Source: Bacteroidaceae bacterium
GTDB lineage: Bacteria; Actinomycetota; Coriobacteriia; Coriobacteriales; Coriobacteriaceae
Assembly (NCBI GenBank): GCA_963617695.1
Contig: CAVEPV010000004.1
Location: 26,834 to 90,833, forward strand
Reading direction: 5' to 3'
DNA: 64,000 nucleotides
This document shows, piece by piece, positions 10,042 through 20,000 of the stretch (position 1 is its first letter; each line of letters begins with the position of its first letter). The notes beneath the pieces were generated by a model, which had not been told where the DNA came from, did no database searches, and saw only the letters and a list, made by a program, of their open reading frames with translations. The translations under genes were made by a program, and so were the position numbers.

Positions 10042-10560
10042 TTAGGCTTCCGAATCGTCGTCGATATCAGAGAGCACGACGGGCTCAGAAGAGGCCAGCG
10101 CATTGATGGAGGCATTGAAGGCCTCGTCTACGGGTAGCTGCTCCTCGCGAGCGATGCGACCCAGCACGCCGTTGACAAAGCGAGCAGACTCATCGGTGCC
10201 GTAGGCCTTAGCGATCTCGACGGCCTCGTTGATCACGACGGCGGTGTCGATCGGGTCATCGGTAGAGGCACAGCGCAGCTCGTAGACAGCGATACGCAGC
10301 AGGTTGCGGTCCGAAGAGGGCATGCGCTGCAGATCCCAGTTCTTGGAGACGGCATAGAGCGCCGAGTCGATCTCGTCGATATGGGTATAGGCACCCTGAG
10401 CGAGTTCGACCGCATACGGGTCGAGCGGGCCCTTGGAAATCAGATAGTCGCCGTCGAGCACGTCGCCGACAGGCATATCCAAGGCCTCAGCCTGAAACAG
10501 GATCTGAAGGGCCTGGCTGCGGGCAAGAGTGCGGCCGCGATTAACTTTAGAACTCAACAT
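10042..10560 (-). CDS. nusB: transcription antitermination factor NusB
   Basis: AR..ALQILFQ, W...RM...DRNLLR, VINEAVEIAKAYG...S.RFVNGVLG; ATG 10560 overlaps upstream stop. Confidence 0.94.
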   Translation of the reverse strand: MLSSKVNRGRTLARSQALQILFQAEALDMPVGDVLDGDYLISKGPLDPYAVELAQGAYTHIDEIDSALYAVSKNWDLQRMPSSDRNLLRIAVYELRCASTDDPIDTAVVINEAVEIAKAYGTDESARFVNGVLGRIAREEQLPVDEAFNASINALASSEPVVLSDIDDDSEA

Positions 10561-10922
10561 TACTCCTTGGGGAAGACGAGGCCATCGATGCAAACGTCGA
10601 CAGCAGAAACCTCGACGCCGACCTGGGCATCGATCGCCTTGACAACGGCCACGCGCACGGACTCGGCGAGGGTCTTGAACGGGTAACCAAAGAACACGGT
10701 AACGCGAACCGTCAGATGCAGAGCGTCGTTTTCGACGACAGCCTCGACGGGCGGCAGAGAAGTCGCGGCGTTCTTGGAAGAGAACATCGAAACAAGGTTG
10801 GTAGCCAGATCCTTGTTGCCAACGGAAGCGATTCCCTCGATTCCCTCGACGGCGCGAACAACGATAGCAGACATAACCTCGGGCGCAATAGCGATCCCGT
10901 CGATCTTGATTTCCTCGGTCAT
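10560..10922 (-). CDS. Asp23/Gls24 family protein (YqhY-like)
   Basis: I.IAPEV..I...A..GIEG and V..VDVCIDG patterns; accC-yqhY-nusB order as in Bacillus. Confidence 0.85.
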   Translation of the reverse strand: MTEEIKIDGIAIAPEVMSAIVVRAVEGIEGIASVGNKDLATNLVSMFSSKNAATSLPPVEAVVENDALHLTVRVTVFFGYPFKTLAESVRVAVVKAIDAQVGVEVSAVDVCIDGLVFPKE

Positions 10923-10938
10923 AACGACTCACCCACTT

Positions 10939-12294
10939 CTAGCAGAGGTACTCGGGCATGTGCTTTGGAATGAAATCAGTGTACACGATTCCCGAAGCGA
11001 ACTGAGCGTTTCGCACAACATCCCGATGGAACGGCAAGGTGGTGGCGATGCCCTCGACCTCGCACTCATCAAGGGCGCGACGAGCACGGGCAAGGGCCTG
11101 ATCGCGGTCGGCACCCCACACGATGATCTTGGCTACAAGCGAATCGTACGTAGGAGGAATCGTGTAACCCTCGTAAACGTGCGTCTCGACGCGCACGCCG
11201 GGACCACCGGGGAGTCGCAGATGCGTGATTTTGCCGGGGCACGGACGGAAGCCATGCTCGGGATCCTCCGCGTTGATGCGGAACTCGAACGCGTGACCAG
11301 AAGGCTCGGTGATGCCACCGTCGGGCACACGCATGGGCTCGCCGGAAGCAATAATCAGCTGCTCGCAGACAAGATCGGTGCGCGTAATCTCTTCAGTGAC
11401 GGGGTGCTCCACCTGAATGCGCGTATTCATCTCCATGAAGTAGAAGCTGCCGTCCTCGTCGAGCAAGAACTCGATGGTTCCGGCGTTCTGGTAACCCACC
11501 TCGCGAACAGCCTTGATGGCAACCTCGCACATCGCCTGGCGCTGCTCCTCGGAAAGCGCAGGGCTCGGAGCTTCCTCAACGAGCTTCTGGTGACGGCGCT
11601 GCACCGAGCAGTCACGTTCGCAGAGGGCGGCAACGTTGCCATGAGAGTCAGCAAGAACCTGAATCTCAACGTGGCGCGGCCTCAAGATGAGCTTCTCGAG
11701 GTAGACCTCATCGTTACCAAAGGCCACGCGAGCCTCGGCACGAGCTGCGTCGAACTCCTTCTGGAGGTCGGCAGGGTCGTGGACCTCGCGCATACCTTTG
11801 CCGCCGCCACCAGCAGAGGCCTTAATCAGAACCGGGTATCCAACTTCGTCGGCAAAGGCACGAGCGTCCTCGACGGTCTCCACGGGACCGTCGCTACCAG
11901 GGACCGTGGGCACGCCGGCAGCCTTCATGGTCTGCTTGGCATTGCTCTTCTCGCCCATCGCGTCGATAACCTCAGGGGCCGGGCCGATAAAGACCAGGTC
12001 GTTATCGGCGCAGGCGCGAGCGAACTCGGCATTCTCAGAAAGAAAGCCGTAGCCGGGGTGCACGGCCTCGCACCTGCGCGAGTTGGCGGCACCGATAATG
12101 CGTGCGAAATCGAGATAGCTCCTGGCGGAGGGAGCGGGCCCGATGCAGACGCGCTCGTCGGCCTCGCGTACGGCAGTGGTATCCGCATCGGCCTCGGAAT
12201 AAGCGATGCAGCTTGTAATGCCCAGATCCTTGCAGGCACGTACGATGCGCAGAGCGATCTCTCCGCGGTTGGCGATCAGAATCTTCTTGAACAT
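10939..12294 (-). CDS. accC: biotin carboxylase
   Basis: MFKKILIANRGEIA, HPGYGFLSEN, GGGGKGMR, RDCSVQRRHQK, EMNTRIQVEHPVTE, RINAEDP, YDSLVAK. Confidence 0.96.
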   Translation of the reverse strand: MFKKILIANRGEIALRIVRACKDLGITSCIAYSEADADTTAVREADERVCIGPAPSARSYLDFARIIGAANSRRCEAVHPGYGFLSENAEFARACADNDLVFIGPAPEVIDAMGEKSNAKQTMKAAGVPTVPGSDGPVETVEDARAFADEVGYPVLIKASAGGGGKGMREVHDPADLQKEFDAARAEARVAFGNDEVYLEKLILRPRHVEIQVLADSHGNVAALCERDCSVQRRHQKLVEEAPSPALSEEQRQAMCEVAIKAVREVGYQNAGTIEFLLDEDGSFYFMEMNTRIQVEHPVTEEITRTDLVCEQLIIASGEPMRVPDGGITEPSGHAFEFRINAEDPEHGFRPCPGKITHLRLPGGPGVRVETHVYEGYTIPPTYDSLVAKIIVWGADRDQALARARRALDECEVEGIATTLPFHRDVVRNAQFASGIVYTDFIPKHMPEYLC

Positions 12295-12317
12295 GGAAAG
12301 ACCCCTCGCAGGAAAGA

Positions 12318-14186
12318 CTAGTTGGACTTGATGGGCTCGAGATAGAACAGCGGCTGGCCGTACTCGACGGCGTCGCCGTCCTCGACGCAGATCTCGCGGA
12401 CGGTACCCATCTCGTCAGCCGCGATCTCGTTCATGAGCTTCATGGCCTCAACAATGCACAGGGTCGAACCGGCCATGACCTCGTCACCGACGGAGACGAA
12501 CGCCGGGGAGTCCGGGTTCGGGGCAGCGTAGAAAGTGCCGACCATCGGGCTCTTGACGGCCTTCCAAGTCAGGGGGCGAGCCTCGGACTCAGCTGCAGGG
12601 GTCTCCTCGGCCGCAGCGGTAGGAGCGGCAACGGGAGCAGCTTGGGCAGCAGCAAGGTTCGCGGCAAGGGCGACCTCGGGTTTACGAACCGTGATCTCGC
12701 TACCAGCGTCCTTGATGCTGATCTCGCCGATCTTGCTCTCTTCAACAGCGCGAATAAGCTCGCGGATCTGATTCATGTCCACGTAATCGTCCTCCTTGGT
12801 CTGGCTTGCGTCCTCGTCGCGCAAGAACTCAACGGATTCATTCGAAGGGTGCTTGGACAGGAAGGCCCTTGCCTCGACAGGAAACATTGCATACATAAGC
12901 ACGTCCTCGTCGCTGTGCGCAAGCTCGCCGATCTCCTCGCGGCACTGCTCGAAGGTAGGCGGGTCGTCGTGCATGGCCTCGCGCTCGAGCTGGGAGAGGT
13001 CAGTATCGTCGCCAAAGACACGGCGCAGGACCTCAGCGTTGAAGGGCGCCGGGGCATGACCGTAAGCACCGAGCAGGTAGTCGCGCATCTCCTTGGAGAC
13101 GATGCTCCAACGCTTACCGGTAAGCACGTTCATGACGGCCTGAGTGCCAACAATCTGGCTCATGGGGGTCACCAACGGCGGGAAGCCGACCTCGGCGCGG
13201 ACACGCGGGATCTCGGCTACAACGTCTTCCAGGCGATCGGTCGCATGCTGAACCTCGAGCTGGCTCATGAGGTTGCTCATCATGCCGCCCGGAATCTGAT
13301 GCTTGTAGACCTGCATATGGATGAGCGAGGAGACACCGCGCTTGTAGTGACCGCGGCGGCGCACCTCTTCCCAGTAGTTCGCGATGTCAAAGAGCAGGTC
13401 GAGATCAAAGCCGGTGTCAAAGGCCGACTCCTTGAAGGTTGCAGCAACCATCTCAACGGCCGGGTGCGAATTGCCAGAAGCCAAAGGAGCACTCGCCGTA
13501 TCGACAATCGCAGCACCGGCTTCGGCACCTTTGATGAAACAGGAGGGGGCCATGCCGCCCACGTAGTGGCTGTGCAGGTGGATGGGCACATCGACCGCCT
13601 GACGCAGGGCACGCACGAGCTTTTCGGTGCGGTAGGGCGTAAGGAGGCCCGCCATGTCCTTGATGCAGATGGTGTCTGCACCCAGTTCTGCAAGCTGAAC
13701 GGCATAGTCGACATAGGAGTCGAGCGTATGCACGGGGCTCGTCGTGTAGGAGATAGCAGCCTCGAAGTGGGCCCCGCACGCCTTGACGGCGCGGGCGCAA
13801 TCACGCATGTTCTCGATGTCGTTCAGCGCGTCAAAGACGCGGAAAACATCGATGCCGTTCTTATGAGCGCACGAGATGAACTTATCGACGATGTCTGACG
13901 AATAGTGGCGGTAACCCACGAGGTTCTGACCGCGCACAAGCATCGAAAGGGGCGTCTTGGGAGTCGCGGCCTTAATCTGGCGCAGGCGGTCCCAGGGGTT
14001 CTCGTCCAAAAAGCGCAGGCACGAGTCAAAGGTGGCTCCGCCCCACGCCTCAATCGCCCAGTAGCCGACCTCGTCCATCTTGGGAAGGATCGGGAGGATG
14101 TCGCCGATGGTCATACGTGTGGCCCACAGCGACTGTTGGCCGTCGCGAATCGTGGTGTCCATGACGCGTAGACGCTTATCACCCAT
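12318..14186 (-). CDS. pyruvate carboxylase beta / oxaloacetate decarboxylase alpha-type carboxyltransferase with C-terminal AccB-like biotin carrier
   Basis: [49 protein letters not shown]-terminal SPMVGTFY...EAMKLMNEI biotinyl site; start ATG 14186 after GAAAGGGG. Confidence 0.88.
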   Translation of the reverse strand: MGDKRLRVMDTTIRDGQQSLWATRMTIGDILPILPKMDEVGYWAIEAWGGATFDSCLRFLDENPWDRLRQIKAATPKTPLSMLVRGQNLVGYRHYSSDIVDKFISCAHKNGIDVFRVFDALNDIENMRDCARAVKACGAHFEAAISYTTSPVHTLDSYVDYAVQLAELGADTICIKDMAGLLTPYRTEKLVRALRQAVDVPIHLHSHYVGGMAPSCFIKGAEAGAAIVDTASAPLASGNSHPAVEMVAATFKESAFDTGFDLDLLFDIANYWEEVRRRGHYKRGVSSLIHMQVYKHQIPGGMMSNLMSQLEVQHATDRLEDVVAEIPRVRAEVGFPPLVTPMSQIVGTQAVMNVLTGKRWSIVSKEMRDYLLGAYGHAPAPFNAEVLRRVFGDDTDLSQLEREAMHDDPPTFEQCREEIGELAHSDEDVLMYAMFPVEARAFLSKHPSNESVEFLRDEDASQTKEDDYVDMNQIRELIRAVEESKIGEISIKDAGSEITVRKPEVALAANLAAAQAAPVAAPTAAAEETPAAESEARPLTWKAVKSPMVGTFYAAPNPDSPAFVSVGDEVMAGSTLCIVEAMKLMNEIAADEMGTVREICVEDGDAVEYGQPLFYLEPIKSN

Positions 14187-14215
14187 ACGTGCCCCTTTCT
14201 GGTATGCGTGGTAGC

Positions 14216-14248
14216 AAAAAGGCGGGGTATTCAACTCCCCCGCCCTTT
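14216..14248 (-). terminator. probable intrinsic terminator after efp
   Basis: - strand GGCGGGG-(gagttgaata)-CCCCGCC followed by TTTTT. Confidence 0.65.
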
Positions 14249-14272
14249 GCGGAATCGATGCTGTGAAGCAGG

Positions 14273-14836
14273 CTAGACGCGGGAGACGAACTTGCCGTCG
14301 CGGGTATCGACCTTGATGGTCTCACCGGGGTTGAGGTACATGGGAACCTGGATGACGGCACCCGTGTCGATGGTGGCAGGCTTGGTGCCGCCCTGGACGG
14401 TGTCGCCCTTGAAGCCCGGATCGGTCTCGGTGATCTCGGCCTCGATGAACATGGGCGGGTTCACGCCCATGAGATCCTCGTCGGCGTAGAGAAGCTGGCA
14501 GACATCGTTCTCGCGCAGCCACTTGGCGTTGTCGCCGATGAAGTCGACAGAAACGGGAATCTGGTCGTAGGTCTCCATGTTCATGAAGTAGTAGTTGTCA
14601 CCGTCGTTGTAGAGATACTGCATCTCGGTGGTGGTGAGGGTCACGCTCTCGAACTTGGAGCCGGCGTTGCAGGTCTGCTCGACAACACGGCCGGTCTTGA
14701 GGTCCTTGGTCTTATAGCGAACAAAGGCACCGCCCTTGCCGGGTTTGACGTGCTGGAACTCAACGATCGTATAGATCTTGTCCTTGATCTTGAGACCGAG
14801 ACCGTTCTTGAAATCGGCGGTGGTGATGCTAGCCAT
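14273..14836 (-). CDS. efp: translation elongation factor P
   Basis: [39 protein letters not shown] 14836 after AGAAAGG. Confidence 0.97.
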   Translation of the reverse strand: MASITTADFKNGLGLKIKDKIYTIVEFQHVKPGKGGAFVRYKTKDLKTGRVVEQTCNAGSKFESVTLTTTEMQYLYNDGDNYYFMNMETYDQIPVSVDFIGDNAKWLRENDVCQLLYADEDLMGVNPPMFIEAEITETDPGFKGDTVQGGTKPATIDTGAVIQVPMYLNPGETIKVDTRDGKFVSRV

Positions 14837-14991
14837 GATTACCTTTCTTACTCTGAGTGCCCGGCATTCAATACCTGGCGCTCCATACAGACGAGTATTT
14901 AGTATACACGTTGGGTGCAGCCACGGCAGCCCGCCTTTAATTCGCAACAATGGACCCCGCACGCCATCGAGGCGAACGGGGTCTTGAACAT

Positions 14992-16122
14992 CTAGCAGTC
15001 GATGATCTGAAGCTCGTGCGGCGAGGTGGTGAACGGCTCGTATCCGGTTTCGGTCACAAGTCCGTAGTCCTCCAAGCGCACACCGCCCACACCGGGCAGG
15101 TACACGCCGGGCTCAACGGTAATGACCGCGCCGGCCTCGACAATGTTGCTCGTGCGGCCGAAGTTCGGCATCTCGTGAATGTCGATGCCCACGCCATGGC
15201 CCAGACCGTGATTGTAGTAGGCGCCATAGCCGGCGTCGCCGATGATCTTACGCGAAAGCTCGAAGATCTCTTTGCCGTCAACTCCGGCATGAACGGCGGC
15301 GGCGCACTCCTCGTGCGTGCGACGAACGAGCGCATAAAGGTCGAGCTGCTCTTGCGTGGGCTCCCCCACCACGACCGTGCGCGTCATATCGCTGCGATAG
15401 TCGCGGTAGCCCGCACCGTAATCCATGAGGACAAAGTCTCCGCGCTCGACAACGCGATCCGATGGGACGGCATGGGGGTTGGCGGTATTGGGGCCCGAGG
15501 CCACGATGGAACCAAAGGCAAGCGAATCGGCACCGTTGCTGAACATATAGTTCTCAAGCTCGGTGCGAATCTCTTTCTCAGTCAAACCAGGCTTGATGAA
15601 GCCAAGCATGTGAGTAAAGGCGGCATCGGTGATGGTCTGCGCATGGCGCATGAGCTCGATCTCTTCGGCGTCCTTGACGGCACGCATGCGCTGCAGATCG
15701 TGATGAAGCTGCGGCAGGTCGGCATGGATCGAGACGTCCTCAAGGCCGCGCTTAATGCCAAAGTAGAAAGAGATCTGCATGTCGTCTTCGACCGCAACAA
15801 CACGGCTCTTGGTGTCACGCGCGCGCTCAGCCACCCAACGGGGCATGGCGACCTCGTCCATATCAAGCTTCCAAGGATGACCCGTGGGCAGGTTCTCCTC
15901 AAAGCTGTTGAAATAGCGAGAGTCGGTGTGCAGATAGCACTCGTCGGCGGTGATGAACGAGACATGCGGGAACTCAAAGGTGTAGTCGAACACGCCCATG
16001 GCACCGGTCAGCCAGCGCAGGTTCGCCTCGTCACGAATGACAACGGCGTCGTAGCCACGCTCGACCATCATGGCGCGCACGCGCGCAATACGGCCCGCAG
16101 GCCCATTAAGCACTTCAGACAT
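14992..16122 (-). CDS. Xaa-Pro peptidase (M24 family)
   Basis: creatinase-N region, MDYGA...SDMTRT, HGLGHGVG..IHE.P, TVEPGVY, GVRLED; typical neighbour of efp. Confidence 0.93.
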   Translation of the reverse strand: MSEVLNGPAGRIARVRAMMVERGYDAVVIRDEANLRWLTGAMGVFDYTFEFPHVSFITADECYLHTDSRYFNSFEENLPTGHPWKLDMDEVAMPRWVAERARDTKSRVVAVEDDMQISFYFGIKRGLEDVSIHADLPQLHHDLQRMRAVKDAEEIELMRHAQTITDAAFTHMLGFIKPGLTEKEIRTELENYMFSNGADSLAFGSIVASGPNTANPHAVPSDRVVERGDFVLMDYGAGYRDYRSDMTRTVVVGEPTQEQLDLYALVRRTHEECAAAVHAGVDGKEIFELSRKIIGDAGYGAYYNHGLGHGVGIDIHEMPNFGRTSNIVEAGAVITVEPGVYLPGVGGVRLEDYGLVTETGYEPFTTSPHELQIIDC

Positions 16123-16141
16123 AAAGAATCCTTTCCCTTGG

Positions 16142-17242
16142 TTATTCCTCAAGAAGTTCGGCACGGGAGGCTAGGTAGGCTTCGGCGTGTCGCTCAAGCA
16201 CCTCATCGTCCACCGTAGAGAGGCGCACCGTGCCCACAGCCTTAGGCAGCGAGAACATAAAGCGGTTCGAACGCTCGAACGCGCACTCGTGCAGCGCCTC
16301 GATAAAGCGAGCGGGCTCGATACTGAACGCAGCCTCCTCGATACCCAGATCGTCCAAGCGATCATCTTGCTCGAACACGGCTTCGACATCCAAGTCGAAA
16401 ACCTCATGTGCCAGGCGCGCCTCAAAGCGCAGACCCTCAGAGAGGAGCTGCGCGTCGGTAAGCGCATCGCCTAGGCAGCGCTTGAGCGCACGGGCCGTGG
16501 TAACGCCGTAGCCAAATGCAGCACGAGCAGAAGGATTGGATGCCTTGAGCACGCCACTCCAGGCCGTCTGCGCCATACCGAGCATATCGATGTAAGCGAG
16601 CTCTTCTGCAGCGAGGCAGCCCGGAATCTTGTCAGCGAACTTGTCCCATGAACGTTTGCTCTCCGTCATGGCAGCGCCGACCATATAAGCCAAGCCCAGC
16701 GCACGCTGCTCAGAGGTCTGGCCCATCACTAGATCAAGATCGCATACAACCAGGGAAACGTGCGGGTTCATGTTTACAAGCGCCGCACCGTCAGAGCAGG
16801 CAAGCGGCAGCATCCTGGTGGCAGCAAGGCACATAGCATCGAGCGTGGTGGGGACATGCCCGCAGGCCACACCCCCGCACCAGGAGTACGCAACGTAGTC
16901 GACGACCGAGGCGACCTTCATACCGCCGACCGACACGACGGCGTCGTCGCGCGTGATATGAGAGGCTGCAAGAAAGTCCTGAAGCTTAGTCGCAGAAGTC
17001 AAGGAAGCAATGCTTACGCCCTCATCGAACAGGAACGTATGCACCTCATAGCCGGCATCAATCAGCCCTCGAGACACCGCCTGAACAACGTCCTGATCAA
17101 GAGCGGGCTCGAGGACAAGGGCAGCGCGGCGCGGCGTACCCACAAGATTTGAGGCGTAACGCGAGAACTCGTCGAGGGCACCGCACCCGATGCGGTACTC
17201 GCAGCCAAAACCGCCGAGATTCACAAGTTGGCGACGCACCAT
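16142..17242 (-). CDS. degenerate 3-dehydroquinate synthase-like protein, catalytic motifs lost
   Basis: AroB-length ORF right after aroK with TAATG overlap; ITRDDAVVSVGG and VPTTL.AM retained, Zn/NAD/substrate motifs missing. Confidence 0.8.
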   Translation of the reverse strand: MVRRQLVNLGGFGCEYRIGCGALDEFSRYASNLVGTPRRAALVLEPALDQDVVQAVSRGLIDAGYEVHTFLFDEGVSIASLTSATKLQDFLAASHITRDDAVVSVGGMKVASVVDYVAYSWCGGVACGHVPTTLDAMCLAATRMLPLACSDGAALVNMNPHVSLVVCDLDLVMGQTSEQRALGLAYMVGAAMTESKRSWDKFADKIPGCLAAEELAYIDMLGMAQTAWSGVLKASNPSARAAFGYGVTTARALKRCLGDALTDAQLLSEGLRFEARLAHEVFDLDVEAVFEQDDRLDDLGIEEAAFSIEPARFIEALHECAFERSNRFMFSLPKAVGTVRLSTVDDEVLERHAEAYLASRAELLEE

Positions 17243-17775
17243 TACAGCAACCCACTTTCTAGCAACAGTTCCGCACACACATAGCCGACCTCGGTAAAGG
17301 TGCGGTCGCGGATGTCTACGGTAAGATCGGCGGCCGCCTGATACAGCGGCCGGCGATGATCAAGCAGCTCGGACGCATAGGCCGGCGACCTAAAGTCCGG
17401 GCGTGTATCGCTACGCCTGATCTGGCGCAGCGAGTCATCGATATCTCCGTCGAGATAGACACAGTAGCCCATCTCGTGCATCAGCTCGATATTACGCGGA
17501 GTCTCAACGATTCCGCCGCCGCATGAAACGAGCAGGCTCTTCTCGGATGCAAGCTGTTCCAAGGCATGAGTCTCGCGGGCACGAAACTCCTCCTCGCCCA
17601 GCTCCTCAAAGATCTGCGTCACGCTCTGGGAGCTCGCGCGCTCAACCATGCGATCGGTATCCACATAGCGCCGGTTGAACATATGACCGAGGTTGCGCGC
17701 CAGCGTCGACTTTCCCGCACCGAGAAAACCGATAAAGAAGATATGGTCGCAACCGCGTTTTTCGAGCACCGGCAT
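17242..17775 (-). CDS. aroK: shikimate kinase
   Basis: GFLGAGKST P-loop, DTD, GEEEFRARE, SCGGGIV, RP, RRPLY. Confidence 0.92.
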   Translation of the reverse strand: MPVLEKRGCDHIFFIGFLGAGKSTLARNLGHMFNRRYVDTDRMVERASSQSVTQIFEELGEEEFRARETHALEQLASEKSLLVSCGGGIVETPRNIELMHEMGYCVYLDGDIDDSLRQIRRSDTRPDFRSPAYASELLDHRRPLYQAAADLTVDIRDRTFTEVGYVCAELLLESGLL

Positions 17776-17780
17776 TATCG

Positions 17781-18281
17781 CTACTCCTCGCAGGGAACGT
17801 GAGCCAGGGCACGACGCTCGAAGATCCTGAAGAAGCGCGTGTAGAACAAGTCGACGTGGGTCTGAGGTTTTACGAGAATCGTGTCGATACCGGCAAAGTT
17901 ACCAGCCCAAACGTCTGTGTAGAGCTGGTCGCCCACCATAACGGCCATATCACGGCTCACGCCCATATGCCTAAGCGCGCGGTTCAGCGCGAATGGCAAC
18001 GGCTTGCAGGCAAAAACGATGATCGACTCGATGTTCAGCTCGTCGGCAGAACGCTGAACCTGATCACGGTGCCAATTATTCGAGACGATGTAGAGCGAAA
18101 ACCCGATCTGGCGTGCCTGTTCAAGCCACTGGGCAACCGAGTCCGGAGCGGTCTTGCGATCGCGCGGAACCAACGTATTGTCACGGTCGAGCAGGATGGC
18201 ACGCTTACCAGAATCCCAAAGATTCTTCAGGTCAATGCGCTCAACACAAGAAACGTAGCGTTTAGGGGAAAGCTTACTCAT
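17781..18281 (-). CDS. YqeG family HAD IIIA phosphatase
   Basis: DRDNTLV, IVSNN, KP, VGDQLYTDV..GN. Confidence 0.9.
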   Translation of the reverse strand: MSKLSPKRYVSCVERIDLKNLWDSGKRAILLDRDNTLVPRDRKTAPDSVAQWLEQARQIGFSLYIVSNNWHRDQVQRSADELNIESIIVFACKPLPFALNRALRHMGVSRDMAVMVGDQLYTDVWAGNFAGIDTILVKPQTHVDLFYTRFFRIFERRALAHVPCEE

Positions 18282-19570
18282 GAGTTCAACGACTCCGCAT
18301 ACTCCTCGCTGTCCTTCTCGAACTGGCTGTAGTCAGAGCTGAACTTATGCGTACCGTCGCCCGCAGCCGACGCAACGTAGTAGAGGTAGTCGGTAGAATC
18401 GGGATTCAACGCGGCCTTGATCGAAGAAACGCTCGGGCTGCAGATAGGACCGGGCGTTAGGCCGTAGTTCTTGTACACGTTGTAGGGCGAATCAATCTCA
18501 AGATCGCTATAGGTCACGGCTTGGCTGCCACCGCCGCGCGCGTACACGATAGCGGCATCAATCTGCAGCAACATGTTCGCGTTCAGTCGGTTGTAGATAA
18601 CGCTCGCAACGGTCGGGCGCTCAGACTCAACCGCAGTCTCACGCTCGATGAGCGAGGCCATGGCGACGATTTGCTGGGCCGTCAGGCCGTTTGCGCCGTC
18701 CTCAAGACCGATCGAGGCGGTCTCGGTCTGGAACTGGTCGAGCAGCTTGCGAATAATGTCATCTGCCGTGACGGAATCAGAGAACGTATAGGTCTTGGGA
18801 TACAGATAACCCTCAAGCGAGTCATCGTAAGCGCCCTCGAGGAAGGGATAGTCGCTCACGTAGTTGGAAGCTTTTGCCTGCGCAAGGAAATCATCCGCCG
18901 AGATTCCGCAGGACTCCTCCACGCGCTGCGCGGTTTGCGCGACGGTCAGACCCTCCTGGATGGTCAGAGTCACACCGGCATTGGGGCCGGAAACGAGAAT
19001 CTGAACAACCTCGTCGGGATCTTGGCACGTCTGGAAGAGATACGAGCCGGGCTTCAATGAGGACTCGGCGTTCGCACGCGTCACCGCCGCGTAGTACTCC
19101 TTGGGATTCTCAATTACGTGGTTCGAGGCCAGAAGCGAGGCGATCTCGTCACCCGAGGCTCCCTCAGGGATAGTAATGCTCACATCGATGCCCGCCTCGA
19201 CGGTCTCCTTCTCGGGGAAGAACGCATTCTTAACGGTCGGCACAACAAAGACGGCGACCAGAACAATGGCGAGAACCGTCAGGACGAGACCGATCAGAAC
19301 CGGAGCCTTGGAGCGGCGCTGCTGCTGAGGGCGGCGATGTCCGCGTGCACCGGCAGCAGGTACGCTGCTGTAGGAGGAACGACGATACGGCTGCACACCA
19401 GCTGCACTTGACGTGCGGGCGGCGCGGGCCGAGCGCTGAGCCGGGCGGTCGTTTTGTCCCTGCTGCTTAAAGCGAGTGCCAGCAGCCCTCGTATGAGACG
19501 TGGACTGGGCAGCCCGCGGTGCAGAGGCGTGCCTACGTTGAGGAGAGGCCCCCTGGGGTGTGTTAGCCAC
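18278..19570 (-). CDS. mltG: endolytic transglycosylase MltG
   Basis: single TM, LEGYLYPKTY, ASLIERE, VIYNRL, LQIDA, SPYN.Y...GL.PGPICSP; GTG 19570 after GGAAAGG. Confidence 0.92.
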   Translation of the reverse strand: MANTPQGASPQRRHASAPRAAQSTSHTRAAGTRFKQQGQNDRPAQRSARAARTSSAAGVQPYRRSSYSSVPAAGARGHRRPQQQRRSKAPVLIGLVLTVLAIVLVAVFVVPTVKNAFFPEKETVEAGIDVSITIPEGASGDEIASLLASNHVIENPKEYYAAVTRANAESSLKPGSYLFQTCQDPDEVVQILVSGPNAGVTLTIQEGLTVAQTAQRVEESCGISADDFLAQAKASNYVSDYPFLEGAYDDSLEGYLYPKTYTFSDSVTADDIIRKLLDQFQTETASIGLEDGANGLTAQQIVAMASLIERETAVESERPTVASVIYNRLNANMLLQIDAAIVYARGGGSQAVTYSDLEIDSPYNVYKNYGLTPGPICSPSVSSIKAALNPDSTDYLYYVASAAGDGTHKFSSDYSQFEKDSEEYAESLNS

Positions 19571-19991
19571 GTTCGTTCCTTTCCTGTCGAGCGTCAAGCC
19601 AAGACTGCAAGAAAAGCGAGGCAGCGACCATGTCGATCTTGCCGCGCATTTGCTTCTCATTCAGCCCTTGCTCACGCAGGATACGCTTCGCCTCGCGCGA
19701 TGAGAGGCGCTCGTCCTCAAACTCAAGAGGAAGACCCAGGTCGCAAGCGAGCTTTTGCGCAATCTTCTCGACGCGCTCGGCCTGCGGGCCAAGCTCCCCC
19801 GCCATCGTCATAGGGCGCCCGGAAACAATAATATCCGGCTCGTAATCCTCGAGAATGAGACGAAACGGTTTTGCCAAACCCGTAACTTCAGCGGCGGGGA
19901 GAACCTTGACCGGCGTGGCAACGCGACCGGAACGGTCGGAAACCGCGATACCGATACGGGTCTCCCCGATGTCAAGCGCAAGGGCTACCAA
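19563..19991 (-). CDS. ruvX: Holliday junction resolvase-like / pre-16S rRNA nuclease RuvX (YqgF)
   Basis: ALDIGETRIGIAVSD, DERLSS, ID.VAA..LQ; alaS-ruvX-mltG order. Confidence 0.93.
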   Translation of the reverse strand: MVALALDIGETRIGIAVSDRSGRVATPVKVLPAAEVTGLAKPFRLILEDYEPDIIVSGRPMTMAGELGPQAERVEKIAQKLACDLGLPLEFEDERLSSREAKRILREQGLNEKQMRGKIDMVAASLFLQSWLDARQERNERG

Positions 19992-20000
19992 GATACCACG

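Noticed and set aside
10042..10932. 296-aa ORF suggesting an N-terminally extended NusB
   Set aside because: The extension is an off-frame read through the asp23 gene; the NusB start at 10560 has its own AAGGAG SD and overlaps the asp23 stop
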